Origin: Octopus bimaculoides
Lineage: Eukaryota
Length of the DNA stretch: 63,745 bases
Assembly: GCF_001194135.2 (NCBI RefSeq)
Contig: NC_069001.1
Coordinates: 21,635,790 to 21,699,534, forward strand
Direction of reading: 5' to 3'
The stretch's first letter is position 1, and each line of letters begins with the position of its first letter. The notes below the pieces were generated by a model that was not told where the DNA came from, did not search any database, and worked only from the letters and a program-made list of their open reading frames with translations. Both the position numbers and the translations under genes were made by a program. Of the stretch, positions 38,770-51,051 are shown in pieces.

Positions 38770-39070
38770 AATTTTGGCACAACACCAGCAATTCCAGGGA
38801 AGTGAGATAAGTTGATTACAACTGGCATTTATTCTATAGATCACGAAATGATGAAAACTTGACTTGAGCGGAATTTGAAAAACGGACGAAATGTCGCGAA
38901 GCATTCTGTCTGGCGTGCTACCGATTCTACCAGCTCACCACGCTATACGAGGCCGGCTTTGTAGTTCATCCTTTCGGGGTCGATAAAATAAGTACCATCT
39001 GAATACTGGGGGTCGATCTAATCGACTTAGCACCTCACTAAAATTGCTGGCCTTGTGCCAAAAATTTGAA
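38770..39070. mobile_element. Two adjacent, oppositely oriented SINE fragments (Deu/Nin-like family)
   Basis: Minus copy 38770-38945 (GGAATTTGAA..TGGCGTGCTACCGATTCTACCAGCTCACC) and plus copy 38950-39070 (TTCATCCTTTCGGGGTCGATAAAATAAGTACC). Confidence 0.8.
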
Positions 39071-39169
39071 ATTAATATTAGAGTCATTAAACTAAGCCTG
39101 CTGTAATATCACACACGCTTAATTGGTCCAACACAATGTAACTAATGTTCTTATATTGTTTTATTCTTT

Positions 39170-39540
39170 TACTTGTTTTAGTTATCAGACTGCAGCTATG
39201 GTGCTGCACAGTTTAGTCGAACAAATCAACCGCAGAACTTTTTTATCGGAAACTATTTGCCGAACTGCTAAATTACGCGATTGGGACATAAACAAAGCAT
39301 CTGCTGTCAAGTAATGGTGGGGGAGAAACATAAACACAAAGACACACAAAGGTACATATACGTGTACTCAATACTCACAAACACACACATACATACACAC
39401 ATATATATATGTAAGTACGGCAGGCTTTTTTTGGTGTCCGTCTACCAAATCAACTCACAAGATATTGTAGAAGGTATTTGCTCCAAGGCATCAGCGCGCA
39501 GTGGGACTGAATCAGGGACTCTGGGTTATGTGGTTAGGGC
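39170..39540 (-). mobile_element. CORE-type SINE, near full length
   Basis: TCTTTTACTTGTTTTAG..CTGCAGCTATGGTGCTG..CGTCTACCAAATCAACTCACAAG..GCAGTGGGACTGAA is the reverse complement of the 11235/5750 family. Confidence 0.8.
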
Positions 39541-40174
39541 GATTGTTGAAATGTATGACGCCATAGTCTCATAAAAAGCGGTGAAGCTATATAATTCTAC
39601 ATATATAGAGAAAAAAAAAGTGAATGTCATGCCTGGAACCATTACAATCATAAGTGTAAAGATACATACACATACACAAAGTCATACATGCACACACTTA
39701 CGCACACATACACACGCACTAACGCGCATACACACAGACACGGTCACAGACATACACACACACACAAAGACGGTCACAGACAGACACACACTTATACACA
39801 CGCGCACAGATAGATATTAGTATTAACGTAATAATAGTTATATTGAACGACAGTAGGGCAACAAAATTACGTTTCAAATACAAAACATGCGTTTGGAGGC
39901 TCCTGAGTCGCTTGCAAGAGCTGTCAATGACAAGAATATTATAAACAACTTCTGAGTACGCAGAAAATTTGGCGCTTGACAAAATATAGCATGTTTCTTC
40001 ATTTCGGGCGAATTACCGGACACTTAGACAGAACAATACATCAGGACTGTTTGAGGCTAAAGTATTTTCTGACCCTGAGGAGGAGGGCCAGTTCTTGAGA
40101 TGATATGTTAAGAATGAAATGGACTGATATTATTGGAGATGCATTGCAACATTTTATGACCGTTGTAATATTAT

Positions 40175-40250
40175 CTTCTTCTTCTTCTTCTTCTTCTTCT
40201 TCTTCTTCTTCTTCTTCTTCTTCTTCTTCTTCTTCTTCTTCTTCTTCTTC
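40175..40250. repeat. (CTT)n microsatellite
   Basis: Seen directly; it explains the poly-Ser ORF. Confidence 0.98.
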
Positions 40251-41071
40251 TAATGACTATTTGAATGATTGTTTTTATTTGTATTGTTATGTTTATAAAT
40301 TCGACGCATAGGTTCAACTTTATCTATAGACAATTTATCATTTATGTTGTCATTATTTTCAAATTTAATTATTTGTGTATACACTGCCTTAGCCAATGCT
40401 GAGTTATAATAGTACTTATCAATATTAACGATTTCTTTGTGAGATGAGAGGTAAGTCATTCCACGTTGTATATTTTTAACTACACATTTAGTAATTATTT
40501 GGAGATGATTACTATCATAATTAGTATATGTTAGCCTTGAATTAGGTTTGTGGTATGATGCTTAGTTTCCTGTGAGCAGGTTAAAGTTGGCATCTAAAAA
40601 AATTACGGAACTATGCTCATTTGCTGCAGAAATTTTCAGGCCAAACCTATTAAAAAATCTATGAAATTTTTTCGTATAATTTTCTAATTATCTGTTACTA
40701 GTAGATTTAATTATAAATAATGCATCGCAACTATATAACCCTTCGGCTTTTTCCGGAAATTCATTATTGAACTTATACAGAATATAAATTTCTACAATTC
40801 TACAATATCAGTGACGTGAACTGAATCAGTAGATCCCATAAGTATGTCAAAGTAATCTTTTAATTTGCATTACTTTTCCTTTGCGATACAAATAAAATGA
40901 ACTAAACATCTATTATATTTTTTCTTCTCCATTTTCTTTTATTCACTTTTTAATTTATGAGACTGCTTATACATACATTGTGGAACTTTCTATCAATAGC
41001 TTTGGTTAAACCTAGTTGGCATCTAGATAGGTTTTAATAATTCCTTACGGGGATATTAATTCCGCAGATTG

Positions 41072-41111
<40 letters not shown>

Positions 41112-43046
41112 CGTGTGCGTGTGCGTGTGCGTGTGNNNNNNNNNNNNNNNNNNNNNNNNNNNNNNNNNNNNNNNNNNNNNNNNNNNNNNNNNNNNNNNNN
41201 NNNNNNNNNNNNNNNNNNNNNNNNNNNNNNNNNNNNNNNNNNNNNNNNNNNNNNNNNNNNNNNNNNNNNNNNNNNNNNNNNNNNNNNNNNNNNNNNNNNN
41301 NNNNNNNNNNNNNNNNNNNNNNNNNNNNNNNNNNNNNNNNNNNNNNNNNNNNNNNNNNNNNNNNNNNNNNNNNNNNNNNNNNNNNNNNNNNNNNNNNNNN
41401 NNNNNNNNNNNNNNNNNNNNNNNNNNNNNNNNNNNNNNNNNNATATATATATATATATATATAATTAAATAATTATGATTCAGATGAATTATGTACTTAA
41501 ATTTGGACACCAAGCCAGTTCGGTATAATCCGCGCAGCTCGAAGTTAGGTGAATAAAAAGCAAATAAGTGACAAGGATGTCCAGGTATTAATGCATTACA
41601 GCCGATTCAAGCAGCTCCATTTAATCGTCCAATGAAGACATTACATTAATTAAAAAAACACCGCCCTCCTCAGGCGCAGTCGATCATATAGGTTTCGAAT
41701 ATAAGGGATAAACCATTTTTTAAAGCACAATTTGCATCAGTACAAGACAACAAAACACATTGTCTCTCTTTGCTATGTAAGTGGCAAAACGAATTTATGG
41801 AAAAAAATCTAAAGCATACAATAATGTAGAGAGTAGCAGAGGGAAATAATAGGGAGGGGTGTCAAGAGAAAAGAAATGGTGAATTGTTAATTTATATTTA
41901 TATTTATCTTTGTTTTATGTATAAGATTTTATGCATATAATCTACAACTCTTTAGAATTAAATCCGTTCGGAGGCGACAGTTAAGTTCCAGTTGATGGTG
42001 ATAAATTAATTAGCGTTAGATCTTCTCCCAGACCCTAATTTTACTCGGACTACGTAAAATGATAAGTCTCAGAGTTGCTAGTAGGAGAATGACAAATTGA
42101 GGAAAGGTAATAATTCGAAAGAAGAAAGACAGGAGCTGCTGGTACATATATAGATTATCAAATAAAAGGAGAATAAAGTGGAGCACAAATGAAAAGAAGT
42201 TCTCAGGTTGGGATTTAAAAACAAGGTATATCAGCCGAAACATTGTGTTAACAACAAACAAGATGAGGACGAATATCCGTCAAATGTAAATAATGTAAAT
42301 AATTCCTCATCTCTTAAATATAGAACTGTGTTAACACTGTATTCACATAGTGTTTGAAGATGAAGTAAATGATATATTTCTAAAGGAAAGGAAAATAGAA
42401 AGCTTGCAAGTGAATCTATATTTAAGAGAATCGGATGTCTCGGCAAATTTATACAATAATTATCATAAAGTACTTGACATTTCTCCCATTGTTTCTTCTT
42501 AAGCAATATTTTATTAAACTACCAATACTTGAAGTGTTTAACTTTAGCAATATATATCTGCTGTATGGATTGCTTTGCAATATATCGAGAGAATATGTTA
42601 TCACAATAGGAAATCCAAATTTAGCATTATTTTTCACGGCAAAATCTAGACATGGCTTCCTTAATTAATTTTATAAATTATTTAATCTATTTATGAGTAA
42701 CGAGAATAAGACATATTGAACTATAGATGACACGTATTTTGTGTGATGATCTTTTACGTACATATGGTTAAATGTGGAGTTATTTGATTAGGAGACATTT
42801 AACTAACTATACAATTTCATTGAAAATTGCATTAAGAATGGAAAAATTAAAAGTCAGTATAATCTTAAATGTGGACACTAAAATATTCTCCATTTTTGAG
42901 TTTCATAATTTGTAAAAGAATATGATTTAATAATAACGAATATTCAAATTAGAGAATTGATCATTTATCTAAAAATTATGTGTAACTAACAGTGCTACAT
43001 ACATATATATACATACATATACATACATATACATACACATATATAT

Positions 43047-43104
<58 letters not shown>

Positions 43105-43659
43105 AAAAGAGCAAAGGTTCTTCCCGTGCAATAGATTGATAGGGCCGGTTTCCAGGATACTGGGGCGTATATATAAGCCATCCGTTTCGCGAAAGGACTC
43201 TCTGTCTCACTTCATCATGTGTTTCAGCTCCCTGTTCTGTCTATAACAAGGGAGAAGAAAAAGTCTCACAGAGAAATATATGCACCCATACATACACAAA
43301 CGCACATAAATATATTGTAAAGGGTGTTAAGTTATGTCTTGGTAGGATCATGTAGCATACGAGTATAATTGTATTAGAATACAAGTATTAACGTTTCTTC
43401 CTGGTCTCTTGATATTTATGACCGAGTCTATTTTTGTATCTACGCTTCAGTTATCAAATCCAAGTAGAGGTATAATGATCTATCTGCTTAACCTACGATT
43501 CAAATATGGGTATACTTTTTAATTTATTTAAATTATTAAGGATATACACTCATCCTAACACTTTTAAATATTTCTGAAAGTACATATATCAAGAAACACA
43601 TAGGTGTATACATATAAATTTGCATACAAACAGAATAATATATACATGCGCACACTTAC

Positions 43660-43975
43660 AAGCACATATATACGATGTTCCTTTAGAACAAACTATAGTG
43701 CATTAGATACCATGGGAGAGACACTTAAATTGGCTTTTGGTGCAAGATGCACTTTTGCCTATATCGCTAATGGGGAAATAAATATCCACCACCTCTAACA
43801 CCGAGACCACCAGATTAGGTGACCTCAACCTTCCTTGGTCTTGTCAATACTGCCTCTGTCGCTAATATATATATTTTAAAAAGCTTCCTGGCTAATTGCG
43901 ACATCAGCTCCTGATCTGGCACTGTTCTTCTATATAATGCTGGCGGGTTGATGAGTAGCTGCTTTCTCAAGCATT
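43660..43975 (-). mobile_element. Hammerhead-bearing interspersed repeat, copy D, internally inverted
   Basis: 43660-43847 on minus carries TTGACAA-GACC aaggaa GGTT-GAGG-TCACCTAA-TC-TGGTGG plus the 3' body. 43875-43975 on plus carries the family's 5' part (TTTTAAAAAGCTTCCTGGCTAATT..CTGGCACTG..GCTGGCGGG). Confidence 0.8.
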
Positions 43976-44149
43976 ATTAGCGTCTATCGGTAATAATACT
44001 GCCTCTGTTGCTAATATTTATAGATGTGTGTGTGCGCGTGTATGTTTGTGTGTGCGTGTACATAAATATATACAACCTATCTGATAAGATTTAATACTCT
44101 AATCTATCTCAAATTACCAGTAACACTGAGGGGTATCTTGATTCCAATC

Positions 44150-44900
44150 AAAATTCAAACAATTTTTATCCATCCATCTAACACGTGGTCATAAATATAA
44201 ATCCTCCTGCGCAGTCGATGCTCGAAAGTCCTATGAATAAACGTAGAAATGATGGTTTAGTATTCATTCTAAGAGTAGATGTACAGAGTAAGCTAGTTCT
44301 AGCTTAGGACAATGTATTGTAACCATTCACAACATAAAGAGTTGAATAATTAAAATTCACTCATAAAACCAAACCATTTAACATCAATTTGAAATTCTAC
44401 TACGAGAAACTACAAAACCTCAGTCAAAGTAACAATTCAAATGATATTAATAAGGGCCAAAAATCTCATTCGTGATTGTAGTAATATCGTGAACATTAAA
44501 AAAATAATAGATGATTAAATGGTGACTAGCATCAGGGATAATAAATATTACACAGGACTCTCAGAGACGTCCCAGAATAGGTTCACGTTAGAGTGATATT
44601 TTATTAACCATTCGCTTGTTTTGAACAGGTATTATGTCGGCTCCACATCTTATACTTTTAAAAAGCTATAATCTATGTAGGCCTACTTTTGGTAAGGATT
44701 AAGAATTACAATATATTAGCAGAATATGTTTAGAGGTTAATGTCGAAGGATTAATATTCCGTTGAATATAGCAGCCACCACCACAAGGTATAAATGTAAC
44801 CAAGGCTTTTTACAATGGAAGCGAGAAAATTACTACTAGTGGAAAATGTCTTTCTAAATTGAAAGAACGAAAGTAATTTTAAAGCATTCATAAAGACTTC
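44150..44900 (+). mobile_element. Highly decayed Penelope-like element 3' end
   Basis: RYYVGSTSYTFKK (second half of GIY-YIG), NIAATTTRYKC and an upstream DCSNIVNIKKIID, in the same order as in the 25320 and 50150 relics. Confidence 0.45.
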
Positions 44901-45362
44901 AACAATTCAAAATTTTATAAACTGTCAGACTATATAAAACTAATGATAAAAGCAAGTAACAAACCACTTAACACCATCTTGGGCTTATACTGCAAAATTA
45001 TTCACGTTATCAACAACAAAATCAGCCATTAAATACATGGAAGTACTGTGCAAATGTAAAGGTTACTGTTGATTTCAGTAAACATAAAATGATTTTCTTT
45101 TACATACGGCGTGTATAAAAATTTCAATTATATAACCCATCAACTACTTAAAACTAATGATAAAATAATTAATAAAGCACTTACAGACAGCTGTTTTTAG
45201 TTTAGAATATTATACAAATTAACGAAACCCTAGTCATACTTCATACATAAATAATCAAATGAAATTTTTATTCCTCAAATTTATACTAAAGTTAATTTAC
45301 TATTCCGTTAAGTAGCCATACATACATACACATACATACATACATACATACATGTATGTATG

Positions 45363-45440
<78 letters not shown>

Positions 45441-46010
45441 NNNNNNNNNNNNNNNNNNNNNNNNNNNNNNNNNNNNNNNNNNNNNNNNNNNNNNNNNNNN
45501 NNNNNNNNNNNNNNNNNNNNNNNNNNNNNNNNNNNNNNNNNNNNNNNNNNNNNNNNNNNNNNNNNNNNNNNNNNNNNNNNNNNNNNNNNNNNNNNNNNNN
45601 NNNNNNNNNNNNNNNNNNNNNNNNNNNNNNNNNNNNNNNNNNNNNNNNNNNNNNNNNNNNNNNNNNNNNNNNNNNNNNNNNNNNNNNNNNNNNNNNNNNN
45701 NNNNNNNNNNNNNNNNNNNNNNNNNNNNNNNNNNNNNNNNNNNNNNNNNNNNNNNNNNNNNNNNNNNNNNNNNNNNNNNNNNNNNNNNNNNNNNNNNNNN
45801 NNNNNNNNNNNNNNNNNNNNNNNNNNNNNNNNNNNNNNNNNNNNNNNNNNNNNNNNNNNNNNNNNNNNNNNNNNNNNNNNNNNNNNNNNNNNNNNNNNNN
45901 NNNNNNNNNNNNNNNNNNNNNNNNNNNNNNNNNNNNNNNNNNNNNNNNNNNNNNNNNNNNNNNNNNNNNNNNNNNNNNNNNNNNNNNNNNNNNNNNNNNN
46001 NNNNNNNNNN

Positions 46011-46041
<31 letters not shown>

Positions 46042-46100
46042 ACATAGCAGGTAGTTGTAAAGTCTTAAAAAGAAATGTGAGTAGTAACAATACTAACAAA

Positions 46101-46245
46101 TAAAGTTAATCGCCACATCATGTTACAGCTCGTTATCAGTGAAGCACTGCACCCTGTACTTATATATATTGCCAGCAGGGGAGCGAAGCCCCACCATCGT
46201 CCAGCGGGGTCACGAGACTGACTGAGTTTCGAGCTAGTTTGCTTC
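46101..46245. mobile_element. Partial second copy of the 714-987 MITE, in reverse orientation
   Basis: Starts with TIR TAAAGTTAATCGCCACATC. The internal CCACCATCGTCCAGC..GAGACTGACTGAGTTTC matches the reverse complement of about 800-850. Confidence 0.65.
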
Positions 46246-46479
46246 ACTCACTCACACACACACATACACATACACACACGCAAACATATACACAGGTATA
46301 TATATACATACACGTATATAAATACATACATACATATGTGTGTGTGTATATATGTATACATGCAAACATACACACTCAAACACACATACACATATATACA
46401 CACATATGCGTATGTTTGCATATATGAATATTTTTGAATATGTAAACGCGTATATATACATACATACATACATACATAA

Positions 46480-46540
<61 letters not shown>

Positions 46541-46620
46541 CGTGTGTGTGTGTGAGGAATAAGGAGAAAATAGACAGGCAACTAATAAAATAATATTTAT
46601 TAATTATAAAATATGACATC

Positions 46621-46702
46621 ACTGACAGCTGTTTCGATTTAGTAATCTTTCGAAAATTAATTTGTAAAATTAAAATCATTATAAGATGAATCTCTTCAGA
46701 GC
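46621..46702 (-). ncRNA. Minimal type I hammerhead ribozyme with an intact canonical core
   Basis: Minus strand: GCT-CTGAAGA-GATT..49 nt..AATC-GAAA-C AGCT G-TC-AGT. Stem III is the palindrome ACAGCTGT, the triplet is GUC, and the predicted cut is between 46624 and 46623. Confidence 0.65.
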
Positions 46703-47094
46703 TAGTAAAGATATGCCGGTTGGAAGTATATGTTCAGATAACAGCTATAAATCTTTAACTGATAACATATATAGAAAATGAGGTAGTTATAGAAAGCCTC
46801 AATTCAACATAATGGGGAGAAAGTAGTCTACATTTTGTGTCTTAAAGAAAGAAAACAAGAGAATAATAATAATATAATAGGGTATTATGAAGAAGAAAAA
46901 AAAAGGAAAAGAAAAAAGAAGAAAAACGCAGGTATGTATAAATATATAATAATGCCATATGATATACTTCTCTATAATACTGTAATACAAAAAATTAAAA
47001 GTTATAAAATTTAAGTCAAGTAGAAGCAAACAGTTGCAAGTATATATTAACTGAAGTTATCAGAAAGGGATAAATAATTTCTAAATATAATACA

Positions 47095-47245
47095 TTTTAA
47101 TCTCTACTCTTTTACTTGTTTCAGTCATTTGACTGCGGCCATGATGGAGCACCGCCTTTAGTCGAGCAAATCGACCCCAGGACTTATTCTTTGTAAGTCT
47201 AGTACTTATTCTATTGGTCTTTTGCCGAACCGCTACGTTATGGGG
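47095..47245 (-). mobile_element. CORE-type SINE 3' half; its 5' head is displaced to about 48205-48252
   Basis: TCTTTTACTTGTTTCAGTCATTTGACTGCGGCCATG..GCCGAACCGCTACGTTATGGGGAC, with the head TGGTAGGCAAGCTACTTACCACTCCTGCGCC at 48221-48251. Confidence 0.85.
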
Positions 47246-48205
47246 ACTTATACCCAGGCTCTTATCACCTTCCTCCCACAATATGTGGGAAGGAACAATA
47301 TTAATTTCCCTTCTAGGGGCTGGCTTGTAGCAATGCAAGCTTCCACAGGGTGTCAAAAAGAAACCACACCGTTGCATATTTAACACTCCTGGACACAAAA
47401 TAATTTTTAGCTGGCAAATATTTTGCCAGCTCTTTATCAATAATATCCCTATCGAAGAGGGCGATAGCGTCACGTGACCTAGAATAGGTCTATAATACCA
47501 CCGTCTTCTTCTCCAGATCTTCAAGCCACTGCTTGGGTGGGACAATCTCCCACTCCAAAGCAGTAGTCTTCTCTTTTAACTTTTTTCCTGCCATAACAAA
47601 ATGTTCAAATAGGAAATAATTGCTCACAAAAAAGTCCCAAAATGATGACAGTTCAGAGAAAAAGAGATAGTTCAGTAAACGAAACAGAACCAGTTTAAAA
47701 AAAGGAGGAAGAGAAAAACAAGAAATCAATTCAAGTAAAAAGTAAAGAAAGAATTGTTTTTAAAAAAAGGAAAAACACAGAATCCTCGGCAGGAACAAAA
47801 TGGGCTACACCGTACTCCTGAACTGGCTTGAACTGGTATTCCGTTGCAGTCAAATAAACACACAATAGTCCTGGTCTGTAATCCAGCGACCGAAGTGAGA
47901 AAAAAAATCTTTAAATGGTTTCTGCTTGCTGAACTTGGTTATTTCATAGAAACGCTCACCAGCAGCCAGTCACACACTATGCCTGGAACAGGCAACAATT
48001 CAATCAAATTTTCTCAAATATTCAAATTTTCGACACCACCAAGTGCAAGCGAAATACCCCAGAGCTGGGCAGAATATACTGTAAAAATAAAAACACAATA
48101 CTTCTACCCAGCTCACAAAAAAACTCGCTTACCCTGACGGTGTCCTCTGTTTCTTAGACGGAGCTATGAACTGCACGTCTATCTTTAATGGTAACCGGAA
48201 GTAGA
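47245..48205 (-). mobile_element. Probable 5' end (5' UTR and start of ORF1) of an L1/Tx1-like LINE
   Basis: Begins near ACTTCCGGTT. After a T-rich UTR it reads MAGKKLKEKTTALEWEIVPPKQWLEDLEKKTVVL*TYSRSRDAIALFDRDIIDKELAKYL..RSVKYATV, which resembles LINE ORF1 N-termini. Assignment is from recalled similarity. Confidence 0.4.
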
Positions 48206-48646
48206 ATGCCAACACAAACTTGGTAGGCAAGCTACTTACCACTCCTGCGCCTATGTTATTATGTTCATAATAATAATGAAATGAAATTTAATTTTAATAA
48301 TAAATAGCAAGTCTAGAATAAGATGGAAAGAGAAAAAATATCAAAGTACATAATATGTCCTTACATCCCTTAACAAAATTTATTTCAAGCCTTTAAGGGA
48401 AAATAACAACAATAATAAAGTATTAGATCGGAAACAAATAAAAAAAATTTCAGACATACAGCGTTCTGTTAGAGAAACCGAAAGTAAATGTGTTATGAAA
48501 CATGCTTAAGGGGATGAAGGAATTATTAAGAAAATAAACATTATGTAAGAGGAAATACTTATATATAAATAAATTGAAAATAAAATAAAATATAATCAAT
48601 GTTAAAGAATTACATGAAATACTTTCCTGTATAGCAGGAATGTAGG

Positions 48647-48685
<39 letters not shown>

Positions 48686-49512
48686 TAGAAAGACAGCAAA
48701 GCAGGAGCAAATTTCAACGGGAGCATATCTGAAAATGTAGTCAAAGCTTAGTTGGTATAAAAGTAGATGTATTATATACTAGTCGTTATATACACATATA
48801 AGCATAACTAGGTAGTTTGTATATAAGTGGACGTATTATATACTAGTTATTATATATAAAATAATAAAACTAATTGAGAAATAGGCTTATCAACTTACAT
48901 GCAAAATGTAATTTTAAACAAAGATTATAAAAGATGAAAGAATAAGTTAAATAAAATAAAATTAAATAAGATAAAATAAAATAAAATAATTAACCTTAAA
49001 CTTAACGAAGAATTAATATGCTATTGAAAGGATGTACTAATAATGCGTTAGAGGGATAAATGTATGGTATAATATGGTATATAATATAATATAAGAGAAA
49101 TAAAGAGAAAGCATGTTAAATAAAACTATTATCAATGCAGATTAAGATAAGGGATGAATAATAAAGGATTAAACCTGGTTAAAACCAAAGAGTATTTTAC
49201 ATAACATATGTAGAATTAAGAACATATATCTGATAAATTAAAACTATATATTCTGAATTAAGAACTTATTACAGGTAAATAATTACGTTAATATTAACAA
49301 GAAACAGAAAAGGGAGACCAATAAATCCATACACACACACATGCATATATATATATAAATATAATTATTTAAAATTATAATACAGGGTATCAAGAGATAC
49401 CACCACGCTGAAAAAATAGCAGTCAAATCCTGACTCCAAAACCACAATAAATGTCCGCAAGGCACGATTAGCGAAGACGAAGACCAAATAAACCAGTAAA
49501 AATAATAAGATA

Positions 49513-49568
49513 ATTTCAAATCCTGGATTTCTGTCTTTGCATAAATGCTCTGCCTTCATCAGTGAAAT
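49513..49568 (-). ncRNA. Minimal type I hammerhead motif downstream of the PLE ORF, stem II partly decayed
   Basis: Minus strand: ATTTCA-CTGATGA-aggc..gaca-GAAA-TCCAGGA-TT-TGAAAT. Stem I is a perfect 6 bp and stem III is near-palindromic. Confidence 0.6.
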
Positions 49569-49968
49569 ATACTCAAGTACATACATACAAATACATGTAT
49601 ATAAACAGTATACTTACATATACGGACGTATACATACGTATATATGCACCTATGCACACGACTAGCTTAAATAGCCCGCCTAAACAACTTCTCGTGNNNN
49701 NNNNNNNNNNNNNNNNNNNNNNNNNNNNNNNNNNNNNNNNNNNNNNNNNNNNNNNNNNNNNNNNNNNNNNNNNNNNNNNNNNNNNNNNNNNNNNNNNNNN
49801 NNNNNNNNNNNNNNNNNNNNNNNNNNNNNNNNNNNNNNNNNNNNNNNNNNNNNNNNNNNNNNNNNNNNNNNNNNNNNNNNNNNNNNNNNNNNNNNNNNNN
49901 NNNNNNNNNNNNNNNNNNNNNNNNNNNNNNNNNNNNNNNNNNNNNNNNNNNNNNNNNNNNNNNNNNNN

Positions 49969-50003
<35 letters not shown>

Positions 50004-50149
50004 CATAAACACCTGTAAAAGTTATATAAAATGAGTTGATCTTAAAATTTAGTTAAAATTCAGTATAGTTTATGGGAAAGTGACAAATAAGTTAATATAT
50101 AAGGTATACATGAATGCAAATACAAGGAATAAAATAAGTAAACAATTAA

Positions 50150-50956
50150 ATAATATTATATCAGTATTTTGAGAAGAAAAATTAAGTCCTATGAATACGA
50201 AAGACGTTGCGTTCATCCCGAAGGTTAAGAATAGGTTATTCTTGCCGAGAGAATAAAGACTTTTTCACTTACGCATAAGTGACATTTACTCATATCTATT
50301 TGATAAGAGCGTGCGGAAGTTAGTATTTCCCATTTTAGATCATACTGTATATTCTTATCTTTTAGCTTTCAAATAAATTTACTCAAACCAATGGAACCAG
50401 GTCTACATCTATTTCTGAAACAATAGATGTGAGAGGTCAAACGTTTCTTAATTTCATTCTGTGCCGAACCTAGATAACAACTCTTCATTCCCCTGTGCCG
50501 TTACTGTACATTGATATACTAGGCTTTTACGCTGACATGCATTTCTAAGTAGGTAGTTACTTTTAATTCTACAACCAGAGCTCTTAGGTATATTATTGAC
50601 TTCAGGGATTTTAGGCAAATGGACCATATTATGAGTAGATATATTGCTCTGTAAATATGTGTTATTGGCATTAATATTTACACTAGGGTTATATATAGTG
50701 GGGTTAATAGTATTAGATATTTACATTCCTGCTAGAATCCCCTCTATTTATATAGAATAAGTAAAATTTATTATTATTTATAGCATAAATAATAGTAGCC
50801 ATATTCTGGGTTAAACTATACCCTATTTTAATAGTTTTGATATTAATAATTTCAAGATATTTATTGTTATTGTTAAAATGTTTATTAATAATTGAAAGGA
50901 TAGATTTTACTAGATAACTCTTAATTTGCAACGCAAAAGACAGCATCAAACATATA

Positions 50957-51051
<95 letters not shown>

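Noticed and set aside
45148-45240. CTAATGA..ACAGCTGTT and GAAACCCTAGTC downstream of the 44150 PLE relic
   Set aside because: Core nucleotides are mutated and two alternative registers fit equally badly, so it is too degenerate to call.
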